Assembly (NCBI GenBank): GCA_030770535.1 | Contig: JASVEC010000023.1 | Coordinates: 434,001 to 498,000, forward strand | DNA length: 64,000 nt | Direction of reading: 5' to 3' | DNA from: Batkoa obscura | Lineage: Eukaryota | Shown: positions 38,806-53,504 of the stretch, piece by piece | Layout of the letters: each line of letters opens with the position of its first letter | Numbering within the stretch: position 1 is the stretch's first letter | Made by a program: the position numbers and the translations under genes | The notes under the pieces: generated by a model | Database searches by the model: none | What the model saw: only the letters and a program-made list of their open reading frames with translations | Told to the model about the DNA's origin: nothing

Positions 38806-40045
38806 AATTGATATTTAATAATAAAACTTAGATGATACTTAATTTTACAACTTATTGATCTTTTCTATATTTGCTATATTTGCTATTTCTAAAATGTAAC
38901 CACGAGATGTTTTTCTTTAAAATAAGTGAACTTTAGCAAACTTATTTAGGTCATGAAATTTGACTCTAATTTGAGAAAGTAACTTCACTAAAAAATCACG
39001 TTGTAAATTTAACAATAAAGCTTTATTCAAAATTTGTGTAATTTGTCATCAATTTTTTTACAAAAGAAAAAATGCTCATGTTTTTAGAATTATAACGTGA
39101 ATTTTGGGATTTTTTCTCAAGCTTTTATTAAACACAATATAAAATGTTTATTTAAAGATTTTACTTTTGTTTATACTAAATTATTTAATTTGATTTTTTA
39201 ATATAATACCTATATTACTAATTATTATAAAAAGCCATTCTAGATGCTAATAATCAGATCATAATATTAGGATAAACAAAAGATATTTTCATTAATGAAT
39301 TTGAATTTGAAATTGAAATTCTAGAATTTAATAAACAATAATGAATAATAATAAATAATAAAAATAACGCTTTTTGTTTTTATTTTTATTTTTATTTTTA
39401 TTTATAAACCATAACCACTATGTGATGATGTTCTATAATAGTATATTGCTTTTTAACACAATTATATTTCTAATCTCATTAAGGAAATTTATTTTTATTT
39501 GAAGTCAAATTAATAATATACTATGATAAATATTTTAGTGAATATTTTTTCTCAGTTTAAGGTCATTCATCTATAACAAAAATCAAAGGTGCGAAAAAGG
39601 TAAGAATAGCTCTAATAAAACAGTTTTGAGATTATCCTAATAAAACAAAATTAGGGATAAATGTTTACAATATGCATATCATAAATCAATTCCGCATTTA
39701 GATATGGTAGAATCTTTACAAAATAAGGGTCCACTTTTTTATAAATAACTTTTTATTAAAGAATTATCTGACTTCACTTCTTTAGAGTCATACTTACTTT
39801 TATAGTAACTGGTATATTTTTTATAAGCTTATAGAAAGTGGTAAAATAAAAATGAAAATAAAAATAAAAAACAGGTTATACTAATATTATATATGTTTTG
39901 GGGATTTGGAAATAAAAAACCATATTCAAAAAATAAATCAGTACTACTTATTTTAGAAATTTCTACTACTTCAAAATATTATATAAACAAATAGTTTATA
40001 CCATTTTAAAATTATCAAATATCAATAACTATAATAATATCAATT

Positions 40046-40636
40046 ATGTACACTAAAGTCTTACTTTTATCTGCTTTCTCTTCTATCCTTGCTTCTACTC
40101 TTCCATTAATTGAGCCTTTCTCACAAGGTGGATGTGCTACTTCTTATACTGGTCCACTTAAGTTCCATCAACAAGATATAAGCTATAAATGCTTTATCCC
40201 TACTGTAACTGGTAAATGTCGTGGTAGTAATGATAGTTATCATTATAATGTTAAAACTGGTCAATGTGAAAAAGCGTTGTTTGGAGGATGTAATGATGGT
40301 TGTCAAGCTTTTGATACTAAATCTAATTGTGAATATAACTGTGTCAAATTTACTATTGACCCAGTTGATCCAACTGGTATGCCATCTTTCTCCCAAAGTC
40401 AATGTAAAGTCTCTAAGCCAAAAACAATGAAGAAGAAATTTGAAGATGTACCAGCTAGATGCTTTGTCAAAACCGAAACTGGTAAATGTCGTATGGGTGT
40501 TGAATCTTATCACTTTGATATTGCTACTGAAAAATGTATCAAATCAACTTTTGGCGGTTGTGATGATGGTTGTCTTGGTTTCAAGACTATTGAAGACTGC
40601 CAAAATACCTGTAACAGATTCTCTATTGATGTTTAA
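40046..40636 (+). CDS. Secreted two-domain Kunitz inhibitor (P1 Arg/Arg)
   Basis: Mirror of the 27834 copy. Confidence 0.9.
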   Translation: MYTKVLLLSAFSSILASTLPLIEPFSQGGCATSYTGPLKFHQQDISYKCFIPTVTGKCRGSNDSYHYNVKTGQCEKALFGGCNDGCQAFDTKSNCEYNCVKFTIDPVDPTGMPSFSQSQCKVSKPKTMKKKFEDVPARCFVKTETGKCRMGVESYHFDIATEKCIKSTFGGCDDGCLGFKTIEDCQNTCNRFSIDV

Positions 40637-40709
40637 ACTATTATTTAAAATAAAAAATTAGATTTTTATATAAACATTTATCTCATTATATATTAATATA
40701 TGAACATAT

Positions 40710-40807
40710 GGGGATATGTTTTTGTGTTTAAGAATCTGCTAACAAATTTTCCGCTTAAATAGTGCTTAAAAAATGGAAAAAATAATGAAGTCGAAAAAAA
40801 CACTCCC
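40710..40807 (+). mobile_element. MITE (in right palindrome arm)
   Basis: Mirror of the 27663 copy. Confidence 0.9.
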
Positions 40808-42024
40808 ACATATTGGCATATTATCTTTTTAACTCATAATTATTTTCTGATACTATAACTTATACTTTTTAGAATTGGTATCTTTTATTTGGTATATCAT
40901 ATTATATATAAAAGCCTAAATTTTAAGTCTAACATTCAATGTTTTTTACATCTGGTAGAGCCCAAAAACATGAAATATCAAAAAAAGACTCAATTTACAA
41001 CGTTGAAATTCATATATAAAATAAATCGGTTTTCAATGTAAACTGTTTTTATTAAGATATGCTATAATTTTAGCATTCCTTCTAAATAAAGTAGTAAAAA
41101 AGATGTTCATATTTATCTGCGCTAATATATATATATAAATAGACAAATGAACATTGAGCTTATAGAAACTTACGACTTGGATGTATGCCTTTTCAAGAAT
41201 ATAGATAAAGTATTCATTATAACTTGAGCAGAAAATCATTGTTATAAAATTAACTATGGTTTTTGATTACTAATGATGGTAGTAATATCTATACCGTATT
41301 TTGATATTTTAATTTTAATTCGAGAAATATAATTGTATAACCGTATAACAATCAATCTGATTTTAAAACATTTGTTAATATTGAATATATTATGCTTTGG
41401 ATCTTCTCTGCTTGGTTGTTTTATAATTGATTTTAGCATACGTCAAACACAAAGGTTCAATTTTGGATAAATTATTTTAAAAGATGTTCTTAATAACTAA
41501 TCCCGAAAACAAATGTCAAAACCGAAAAATCCCTTAAAAAGTAGTAGTAGTTCCTTTTAAAATAAAATATCACATAGTTTTGTATTATAAATATAGTATA
41601 TCCTATTATCCTATTTCTCTTGGAATTCTCATTAAATTATAATGGTGTTATTAAAATTCAACCTAGAACATGTAACATTGAATTGATATGTTTATTTATA
41701 TAATATTCTTTGTAGACATAAAATTCTATTAGAAATTAAAATTACTTCAATTGATCAATTAACTATAAATAAGCTCTTGATTTAATAGCGCAACACATAG
41801 AAATCACTCTATTTCTACTTGTTTATAGAGAGCGGTAAAACAATAATAATAAATAAATTATCCAATATTTGTTATTTTGGGGATTTGTAGAAAGTAAACC
41901 ATCTGGATAAAACGTATAATCATTATTATTTCGAATGTTCTAGGTGAGTTTAAAATACTATATAAATAAATAGTTTATACCATTTTAAAATTATCAAATA
42001 TCAATAACTATAATAATATCAATT

Positions 42025-42615
42025 ATGTACACTAAAGTCTTACTTTTATCTGCTTTCTCTTCTATCCTTGCTTCTACTCTTCCATTAATTGAGCCTTTCT
42101 CACAAGGTGGATGTGCTACTTCTTATACTGGTCCACTTAAGTTCCATCAACAAGATATAAGCTATAAATGCTTTATCCCTACTGTAACTGGTAAATGTCG
42201 TGGTAGTAATGATAGTTATCATTATAATGTTAAAACTGGTCAATGTGAAAAAGCATTGTTTGGAGGATGTAATGATGGTTGTCAAGCTTTTGATACTAAA
42301 TCTAATTGTGAATATAACTGTGTCAAATTTACTATTGACCCAGTTGACCCAACTGGTATGCCATCTTTCTCTCAAAGTCAATGTAAAGTCTCTAAGCCAA
42401 AAACAATGAAGAAGAAATTTGAAGATGTACCAGCTAGATGCTTTGTCAAAACCGAAACTGGTAAATGTCGCATGGGTGTTGAATCTTACCACTTTGATAT
42501 TGCTACTGAAAAATGTATCAAATCAACTTTTGGCGGTTGTGATGATGGTTGTCTTGGTTTCAAGACTATTGAAGACTGTCAAAATACCTGTAACAGATTC
42601 TCTATTGATGTTTAA
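42025..42615 (+). CDS. Secreted two-domain Kunitz inhibitor (P1 Arg/Arg)
   Basis: Mirror of the 25855 copy. Confidence 0.9.
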   Translation: MYTKVLLLSAFSSILASTLPLIEPFSQGGCATSYTGPLKFHQQDISYKCFIPTVTGKCRGSNDSYHYNVKTGQCEKALFGGCNDGCQAFDTKSNCEYNCVKFTIDPVDPTGMPSFSQSQCKVSKPKTMKKKFEDVPARCFVKTETGKCRMGVESYHFDIATEKCIKSTFGGCDDGCLGFKTIEDCQNTCNRFSIDV

Positions 42616-43693
42616 ACTATTATTTAAAATAAAAAATTAGATTTTTATGTAAATATTTTCTTCGACTTTAATCGGTTGATTTTTAACTCCTAATATTATT
42701 CTGGAATTCTAGTTTATACTGGTTTTATTTACAAACAAGAATCTATTTGTAAATCTTACTAAACTTTTGAAAAATTATTTTTTTATTAATTTAACTTATT
42801 TTTTTAAACTATAGCTAATATAAAGTCATTTATGTTTAATAAATTTTCAAAGCGGATTGTTGATATATTTTTTTGAAAATATTTTTTTCAAATTTCACAC
42901 TTAAATAAAAAACATGAATCATTGCCTCCATACTATAACACTACCATCTTTATTTCATTTAATTAAAGATATTAAGAATTCAATATATAGGGATGTCCAA
43001 ATTGGTTTTATTCTTTATTTGATTTTTGTAAAAATAAGTCTTCTATTAAAAAACAAAAATACCTGACACTTTTAAATCATTTTAGTATAATTTATATTAA
43101 AAGTTAGCAGAGAATTCCTACTAAATTTAATAAAAATTCCTAGATTAACAAAGTTTTTACTATTAAGTAAATAAATTATTTTAATATTATAATTACATTA
43201 TTAATACATCACTGAATTAGTAAATAGCTCTATATGGGAGGGAACGACTAGCCTTAAAGCTATAATTAGCCATCTTTATATAATATAAGCAATATAATAG
43301 CTTTTACTTATTACTATAACTAATTGCTCCTTACTGTTTATTAACTTAGCTATTAATAATCAACCTAAGTAACATTAACATTTGGGGCTGTCCTAATTGG
43401 TTTCAGAATCTACTTAGAAATTAATCCAAATTTAAAATTCCAAGTTTGTGTTCAATATAACGGTTAAATCTAAAAAGCCTAAAATTAAATGTCTCTATTT
43501 AAAACTTATTTTAATTGTTTCCTTTTCTTAAATAGCTAATTTTCCTAACTATATATTTTATGTTAGTTCTGTTAGATATTTAACAGATATATAATATATA
43601 ACTATATGATTATATAATTATATAAATACATAATTATATAAACACAGTTATTTGACTTTATTTGACTTTATTTTTTGTTGAAATAAAAATAAA

Positions 43694-45397
43694 ATGCAAA
43701 CTTTCATAACTAAACTTCGAAATGGAATTTTTGAAAACTTCAATACAATAGGGAGGAGTACACAATATAAACATTGTAATTCATTTACATCAATCTTAAG
43801 AGCTACTTACAACAACCCAAGGTTTATGGAATTTTATAATAAAACAAAACAAAGAAAAGATATATTATCAAAGTTTACTATCGATAATAATAAACTTAAT
43901 CAAGTAATGTATAAAATTAGTGCTTTAAGAGAAACAGGAAACAAAAATCAGCAAGTAGCGTTATTATCAACTATAGTTTCAGTATATTCTTTTGATGAAT
44001 GTAAGAGTTTTGGGTTTAATATAAATAGAAATCAATATGATTATTCAAAAACAAGTAATAATAATAAAATATCAACATTAAAACCTATTATTAAAAATAC
44101 AAAAAAAATTAAAGATGACCAAATTGAAACTATCATACAATATTTACTAAATGATTCAACTATTTCATCAAGATTTAATAAAAAAAATAACGATAGTAAA
44201 TATTCATCAGATAATATATATATATTAAATAAAAGTAGAAGAATGATATATAGTAAATATTTGAATGATCTAAGAGATAAAGCAGTAGCCAGGTCAACGT
44301 TCTTTAAATATATACCAAGTAATTTCAAAAATCCAGCAAGAAAAACGGATCTATGTAATATATGTACCCAGTATACAGTTAGAAAAAAGTTATTTGAAAA
44401 TAAAATAAATACAGCAAAAAACAAAGCAGAGATAGAAGAAATTTTCAACGAAGAAGAAAAATTATACAAATTACATAAATTCTGTGTTGATACTCAAAAA
44501 AACACATTTAATGAAACTATCAAAAAATTAAATAACAAAAGTTGTATAATAGTTTTAGATTTTAAACAAAATATGGAAATAGGGACAAGACCAGATTCAA
44601 TAAATCTAGATCATTATAATAAACAAGCTATATCAGTATTAGGCTTTGGTGTATTATATTTAAAAGATGATAAAACAATAGGCAAAGTTTACTTTGATTA
44701 TTTATCTGAAATATTGAATCATGATTCAGCATATGCAGGAGATTGTTTAATCGATTTAATCTCTACAGAGCTTCTATTTAAAAAGTTTACAAAAATTAAT
44801 ATATGGGCAGATACAGGAAATCATTTTAGATCCCAAGAGTTTCTACACTATATGTTTGAAGAAATTCATAAAATAAATAGTAGTTTGAATGTTAATCTTA
44901 ATTTTTTTGCTGAGCATCATGGAAAAAGTATAGTTGATGGGCATTTTGGAAACCTTTCAAAATGGAAAAGTAGTTTTGAAGCGTTAGGTAAAATAGAAGA
45001 TATCGATCAATTAATTTCAAGATTTGAGGCTTTTATTTGTGAGCATAATAAAATTAATAACTCAACTGTTAATAATGGGAAAACAGATATAATTTTTAAA
45101 AAGTATAAAAGAAACAAAAATACAAAAAGAATAATAGAGATGCAGGGCATTAAGAAGTATTTACATTTTATTAAACATAACAATAAACTACATTGTTATC
45201 CAGTATCTGATACATCAAAAAAAAGCGATATAGTCCCAATTAAAGTTATAGAGTCTATAGAAAACAGAAAAATTAAAAGATCGATCCCAGCTTACCTTAC
45301 GAAGATAACAGAGAATTTAAAAATTTCGATATTTACTAAGCAAGTAAGTAGTTTGTTGAATGATAGAAATAGATTGTTAAATGTTAGGATTACTTAA
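43694..45397 (+). CDS. DDD-type transposase (Sola-like), 567 aa
   Basis: Five amino-acid differences from the 10475 copy; ORF intact. Confidence 0.85.
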   Translation: MQTFITKLRNGIFENFNTIGRSTQYKHCNSFTSILRATYNNPRFMEFYNKTKQRKDILSKFTIDNNKLNQVMYKISALRETGNKNQQVALLSTIVSVYSFDECKSFGFNINRNQYDYSKTSNNNKISTLKPIIKNTKKIKDDQIETIIQYLLNDSTISSRFNKKNNDSKYSSDNIYILNKSRRMIYSKYLNDLRDKAVARSTFFKYIPSNFKNPARKTDLCNICTQYTVRKKLFENKINTAKNKAEIEEIFNEEEKLYKLHKFCVDTQKNTFNETIKKLNNKSCIIVLDFKQNMEIGTRPDSINLDHYNKQAISVLGFGVLYLKDDKTIGKVYFDYLSEILNHDSAYAGDCLIDLISTELLFKKFTKINIWADTGNHFRSQEFLHYMFEEIHKINSSLNVNLNFFAEHHGKSIVDGHFGNLSKWKSSFEALGKIEDIDQLISRFEAFICEHNKINNSTVNNGKTDIIFKKYKRNKNTKRIIEMQGIKKYLHFIKHNNKLHCYPVSDTSKKSDIVPIKVIESIENRKIKRSIPAYLTKITENLKISIFTKQVSSLLNDRNRLLNVRIT

Positions 45398-45398
45398 G

Positions 45399-45759
45399 TT
45401 ATTAATAGCTAAGTTAATAAATAGTCAAAGAACAAGTAACTGTAATAATATGTAAAAACTATTATTACTTGTACTATATAGGGATGGTCAATTATAGTTT
45501 TGGGGCTGACCACTCCCTCCCATGCAGCTATTTATTAACTTGGCAACATATTAATAATGTAATTATAACATTAAAGTAGTTTATTTATTTGATAATAAAT
45601 CTACGATGTTGGTTATAAAGCAGTTGATAATAAATATTTCTCAATTAAGCTTTATAAGAACATGTATTTAAGATCTAGTAGAAATTCAACTAACTTACAG
45701 TATGAGCTATAATATAATGGTTTAGAACTGTGTTTGGGTACTTTTGTTTTAATAAAAGA
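45399..45759 (+). ncRNA. Candidate structured RNA, copy 2
   Basis: Same as 12180-12540; the two differences noticed fall in unpaired positions. Confidence 0.55.
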
Positions 45760-46231
45760 TGTGATTTTATAGAATTTTAAGCGAAGTTTTTAAAATACAA
45801 ATTTTTTTAAAATTGGATAAAATAATGAAACTAATTCAGACAACCCCATTTAATAATTGATTTTTATCATTTAATAAACTACTCACTTGCTTAGTAAGTA
45901 TTGAAACTTTTAAATTTTCTGTTATTTTTTGTAAAATAAGGTAGAACTAATCTTTTGACTTTTTTATTTTCTATAGACTTTATAAATTTAATTGTAATTA
46001 TATGACTTCTTTTAGTTTATTGAATACTGAATAACAATATATTTTACTATTAAGTCTAATAAAGTATAAACATTTTTTAATATTGTATATTTTTACTGTT
46101 TTTTCGTATCTTTGTTTCTTTCATATTTTCTATAAATTACCTCCATTTTTTTATTATTAACAATTAAGTTGTTAATTCTATTATATTTATTAATAAAAAT
46201 CTCAAATTTTGAAATTCATTGATTAACATAT

Positions 46232-46327
46232 GGGGATGTATTTTTATGTTTAAGAATTTTACTAACTTTTCCGCTCAGATAGCGCTTAAAAAATGGAAAA
46301 ACTCATGGAACCAAAAAAAGCAACCCC
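46232..46327 (+). mobile_element. MITE joining two oppositely oriented Sola relics
   Basis: Consensus match; flanks ATAT / AAAT differ. Confidence 0.9.
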
Positions 46328-46754
46328 AAATGTTAATATTACTTAAATTATTAATAGCTAAGTTAATAAATAGTCAAAGAACAAGTGATTGTAATAATAT
46401 GTAAAAACTATTATCATATTGCTCGTACTATATAGGGATGGTTAACTATAGATTTGGGGCTAACCACTCCCTCCCATACAGTCATTTATTAAGTATCAAT
46501 ATATTAATAATGTAATTATAACATTAAAAAGCTTATCTATTTGATAACAAATACACAATGTTGGTTATAAAGCAGTCAATAATGAATGTTTCTCAATAAA
46601 GTTTTATAAGAATATGTATTTAAGATCTAGTAGAAAATCAGCTAACTTAGATTATAAACTATGATAGAATGATTTGAACTGTGGCTGAGTATTTTTGTTT
46701 TAATAAAAAATATTAAAAATTCAATAAAATAATGAAACTAATTCAGACAATTTC
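46328..46754 (+). mobile_element. Diverged Sola-like 3' end relic
   Basis: Colinear with 12160-12628; ends TGAAACTAATTCAGACAATTTC. Confidence 0.85.
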
Positions 46755-47503
46755 ATATTATAGATATGAAAACTATTGCTCTGATTGTTCACATTTCTAA
46801 ATATAACAATATTGCTAAAGATTCTACCATGTTAATTTATTTTGAAAAGCGATATCAAGAAGACTAACATCTAGTTTATTTTTAACTTTGATAATATAGA
46901 TTTAACATAAGCATAAACTATAGTCAATTCATTTTCTACTCATAAAAAGTATATAAGCAATTAAATCTTTTTCTTTAAGATCTTTTTTCATTGGTGGTTT
47001 TACTATTATTGATTTTGTAAGATAAAGCTACACCCTTCAGCTTTATTAGCTACAATAATATAATTATCTTAGTTCAAAATATACTTTTTACTTTCCACTT
47101 ATTTAAGACTTTAAAATTATTATTACTATTGATCAAGTATTGAGCTTACTTTGTTTTATGTTATGGTCACTTATTGGTTGATATGATACTAGGATTCAAG
47201 GGATTTAAAGCTCTTGTGATTTCTATAGATTATACTGTCACTTTTATTCTCTTCAAAAAATCAAGTCTTCGCCCATTACAATACTCTTAACTAAATAAAA
47301 ATTAGTAATCTAGAACTAATGAAGTTTAATAATCGACTTTGATTAAATTAATAAATAATAAACAACAAACGAAAATGAATAGAAAATTCAACTAAGCGAA
47401 CCACAGCAATCAAGTTTATTAAAAAATAGGTATTATAATAATAAAAACAGTATATAATAAAAGAATAAAATAAACAGCAAAAAGAGATATAAATTTTAAC
47501 ATC

Positions 47504-48512
47504 TTAAACAAATTTACCATTTGTATTGGCCATGGTTTGTTTCCTATCTGATACAAATAAACTTTTATAAAATGAATTAAAATTGTTCCAATCAATGTTA
47601 TTTTTGGATTGATCTTCTATTTGATTTGTTACTGTTAAATTATGAAGAGTCGAAAGATGGCTTTCAAGTTTATTATTATCGTCAGTTGTTGAGCTTTTAA
47701 TAGGTGTACTTTGTTCTTTGATTTTTGTTCTTTTAATATATGTACTTTGTTCATTTATTTCTTCTGTTGGGTTATTTATTGATTTTCGTTTGTTATTGAT
47801 GTTATTGTTAGAAATATTACTATTACTATCCTTACTATTATTCATATCCATATCACTAACGATATCATTAATATTCATAACATAATTATTTGTTGCCATC
47901 CTTGGTTTCTCAAGTCCCAAATCGCTTGATTCACTTTTTGATGGAATACTTTGAGCTACAAGTGATACATTAAATTCATCATCACTAAACTCAATATCAG
48001 ATAAATATAAATTAGGTGAATTGATATTTAATAAATTATTATTATCTTCTGTATTACTGAAGGATGGTAAATCTACATAAAAAAGCATTTTCATTAGAAA
48101 CCATATTAAAAACTTAGATAGCATAATCACTTACCATCAAAATCAATCATTTGATCAATATCTTTTTTGATTTCCAACCTAGCACAAATTAATTCTTCAG
48201 CTATTTCTTCAGCTGACAATCCTTTTGTTTCTTCATCTTCATCTTCATCTTCACTTAATTCTTCAACGGTATAGCTAAATTTTGTTTCAAACCCACGTTT
48301 GAAACGTTCACTAAAATCTATTTTTGTGAGGAGATTATCAAGCTTCATGTTTGGCTCTTTTTTTAAATATTCACCATCTGGAGTTAAGATTAAGAGATTA
48401 GTTATGGAATTGAAGTTAAAAGAAAGATAAATGTAAAAATACCTTTTTTTACATAAAAATTACTTAAGACTAATTGTTTCTGCTTATCTTCCATTCGAGA
48501 TTGTTGATTCAT
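47504..48512 (-). CDS. Hypothetical protein, 3 exons, acidic and Asn/Ser-rich
   Basis: ATG at 48512. GT-AG introns at about 48442-48379 and 48133-48074 join ORFs 48127-48348 and 47504-48130 in frame. No family recognised. Confidence 0.65.
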
Positions 48513-48824
48513 GCTTGATTATAGCTTAATAATTTTAAAAATGGAGGACTTGGTTTTGATACAGCTGCGTTTTATAATTAATAAAAAAATTTAATTATAA
48601 TTTAGTTGATTTTAAAAATAGGTAAAACGCGTAATTTGAGATGATAGGGTTAGGAGGAGAGAATCGACCAATTAAAACAAGCTACAGCACCACCAAAAGG
48701 GCCAAATCATTAGAAAGGCTATAATTTATTACCATTTAAAATCAAAGAGCAAGCTGCCCATATAATTGGTAAAAATTACTCCCCTAGTTCTGAGTAACTG
48801 TCATGGTTTTCGATGTTTTTATAT

Positions 48825-48921
48825 GGGGATGTTTTTTGGTTTCATTATTTTTTCCATTTTTTAAGCCCTATCTGAGTGGAAAATTTGTTAATAAAATTTT
48901 TAAACACAAAAATACATCCCC
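48825..48921 (-). mobile_element. MITE
   Basis: Consensus match; TSD ATAT. Confidence 0.9.
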
Positions 48922-49577
48922 ATATTAAGTTTAATTCATTAATAAAGAGTATATTTAAGTTGATGCATGTGTTTGTATTATAATTTTAAGCATTACAGCT
49001 AAAGCTTATTTTTATAATACCTCTTACAATTATATAGAGGCTTTAAATAAATGAAATATTATAATATATTTGTAATATAGGACAATTATTATGTTTCAAA
49101 TTCCCACCTAATAAACATTAAACATGATATTTATTAAGAATCAGAAGTAATAATTTTTTGAATTAGGTGAATACTAATTAAGATCAATAAAGGCTAAAGA
49201 AGAAAATTAATTTATTTGTCAAAAATAATTGATTTTATACAAATAAAAGTAAAAACAGAAATAGAATAAATTTTATAGTTATAGTTTTATGTTGTTAAAA
49301 CTTTTATTTTAAATTATAAACATTCGAATATTTTATTACTATATATTATACATGTTAAGAGTCTTTTTATTTTTAAAAACAGAATTTTATTATTATTATT
49401 AATTTAACTATCTACATCAATTTCTAAAACATTCACTAATTAGGTATTAATTCTATTGATTTAAATAAAATTAAATAATAAACTCAAACAAAAAATATTT
49501 ATAATAAAAAATATATTTACAATAAAAAATATATCTATAATAAAGAATATTTTTATTTTTATTATTTCTATTGTTGA

Positions 49578-52317
<2,740 letters not shown>

Positions 52318-53232
52318 AATTTTCTATAAAATTAATATTGATTTATTTTTCTATAAAAAATATTCCACTTTGACTAGAATCCAAATCCCTTAATATTATT
52401 CTTTCTCACTACCGCTTATCTATTTCCATCCTATTTTAAGCCCATCAAATAGCTGTTATTGGAATTGTTACAATCTCTATTGGTGCTCGAGTTATTCTAG
52501 CTTAAGCCAATCATTATTGAGTATTAAGGATTTCGAAAAATTTGACAAAAAATTTGAGATTTTATTCTTAGCTTTAGTTTGTCAAATTTAGTCATCTAAA
52601 AAAATTTTAAGTTGCTAAAATTGAAATTTGATTTAAAATTGAACCAAAATAGGTTTAGAACTTTAATCAAACAGTATTATCTATAATATTATAATAAACT
52701 AATTAATTAAATCCACATCACATATATCTGAAAAAACCATATATTTAAGCTGAAAGAGTTTTGAGGCCCTTAAGCTCATTGGTATACTAATAGGTAAATG
52801 GATATAAGGCAAGAGAAAGTAAACTCAATGTTTGACCAACGGTAATGAGAAGATTTAGTTTCTCTAAACAAATGTAAAAATTATACTTTAAAATAAGTAT
52901 TTTAGAGTAGCATAACTAATGATATTTAAGAGCATGGACTGTCTCAAAAAATAGCTGGTAAAACAAATCACAATGAAGAGAGATTTCGGAGGAAGAGATT
53001 CAATCTGTTATATACTTTCTATGAGTATAAAAGGTGTTAGCTAAATTTTGATTCATATTTAATATGCATGACCAGAGTTAGTGGTAAATTTGATATTGGT
53101 TTTCTTTCATTAATTTTTACAATGCACTCAACTTGTATTGAATCATATTCAGTTATAGAATTAGATTTCGAAAAGTAAGCAATCTAATTAATGTCTTGAC
53201 AGTACAGATGAGACAAAGAGATGTTCATTATA

Positions 53233-53272
53233 ATAGCAGTTTAAATATAGCAGTTTAAATATAGCAGTTTAA
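53233..53272. repeat. Short tandem repeat (ATAGCAGTTTAAAT) x~3
   Basis: Read directly from the sequence. Confidence 0.8.
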
Positions 53273-53406
53273 TAAAAGGGATATATATTAGACATAGATT
53301 TGAATATTTACGTTTTTATTGTTTGAAAAGTAATTTTGAATAAAATGTTCATATTTGGCTTTTTTAAATGATTTTATTGTTATTTTAGTTAGTACTGTTC
53401 TCTATT

Positions 53407-53504
53407 GGGGATGTTTTTTTGGCTTCATTACTTTTTTCATCTTTTAAGCACTACTTGAGTAGAAAATTTGTTAATGGAATTCTTGAATACAAAAATACAT
53501 CCCC
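53407..53504 (-). mobile_element. MITE
   Basis: Consensus match. Confidence 0.9.

Larger units (their letters stand above)
36707..42660. repeat. Right arm of ~5.95-kb inverted repeat
   Basis: Reverse complement of 25810-31763; only a few substitutions noticed. Confidence 0.95.
43384..45847 (+). mobile_element. Autonomous Sola-like DNA transposon, copy 2, 2,464 bp
   Basis: Same TIRs as copy 1; TSD ATTT at 43380-43383 and 45848-45851. Confidence 0.9.
42989..46225 (-). mobile_element. Old degenerate Sola-like copy, split by the young element at 43384-45847
   Basis: 42989-43383 is a reverse-complement, diverged 3' end with terminus AGGGATGTCCAAATTGGTTT. 45848-46225 is a decayed transposase C-terminus continuing across the ATTT TSD. 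Confidence 0.85.

Noticed and set aside
21617..42640. Repeated 66-148 aa ORFs overlapping the Kunitz genes (antisense or shifted frames)
   Set aside because: Shadow ORFs, repeated only because the real genes are duplicated; no independent motifs.
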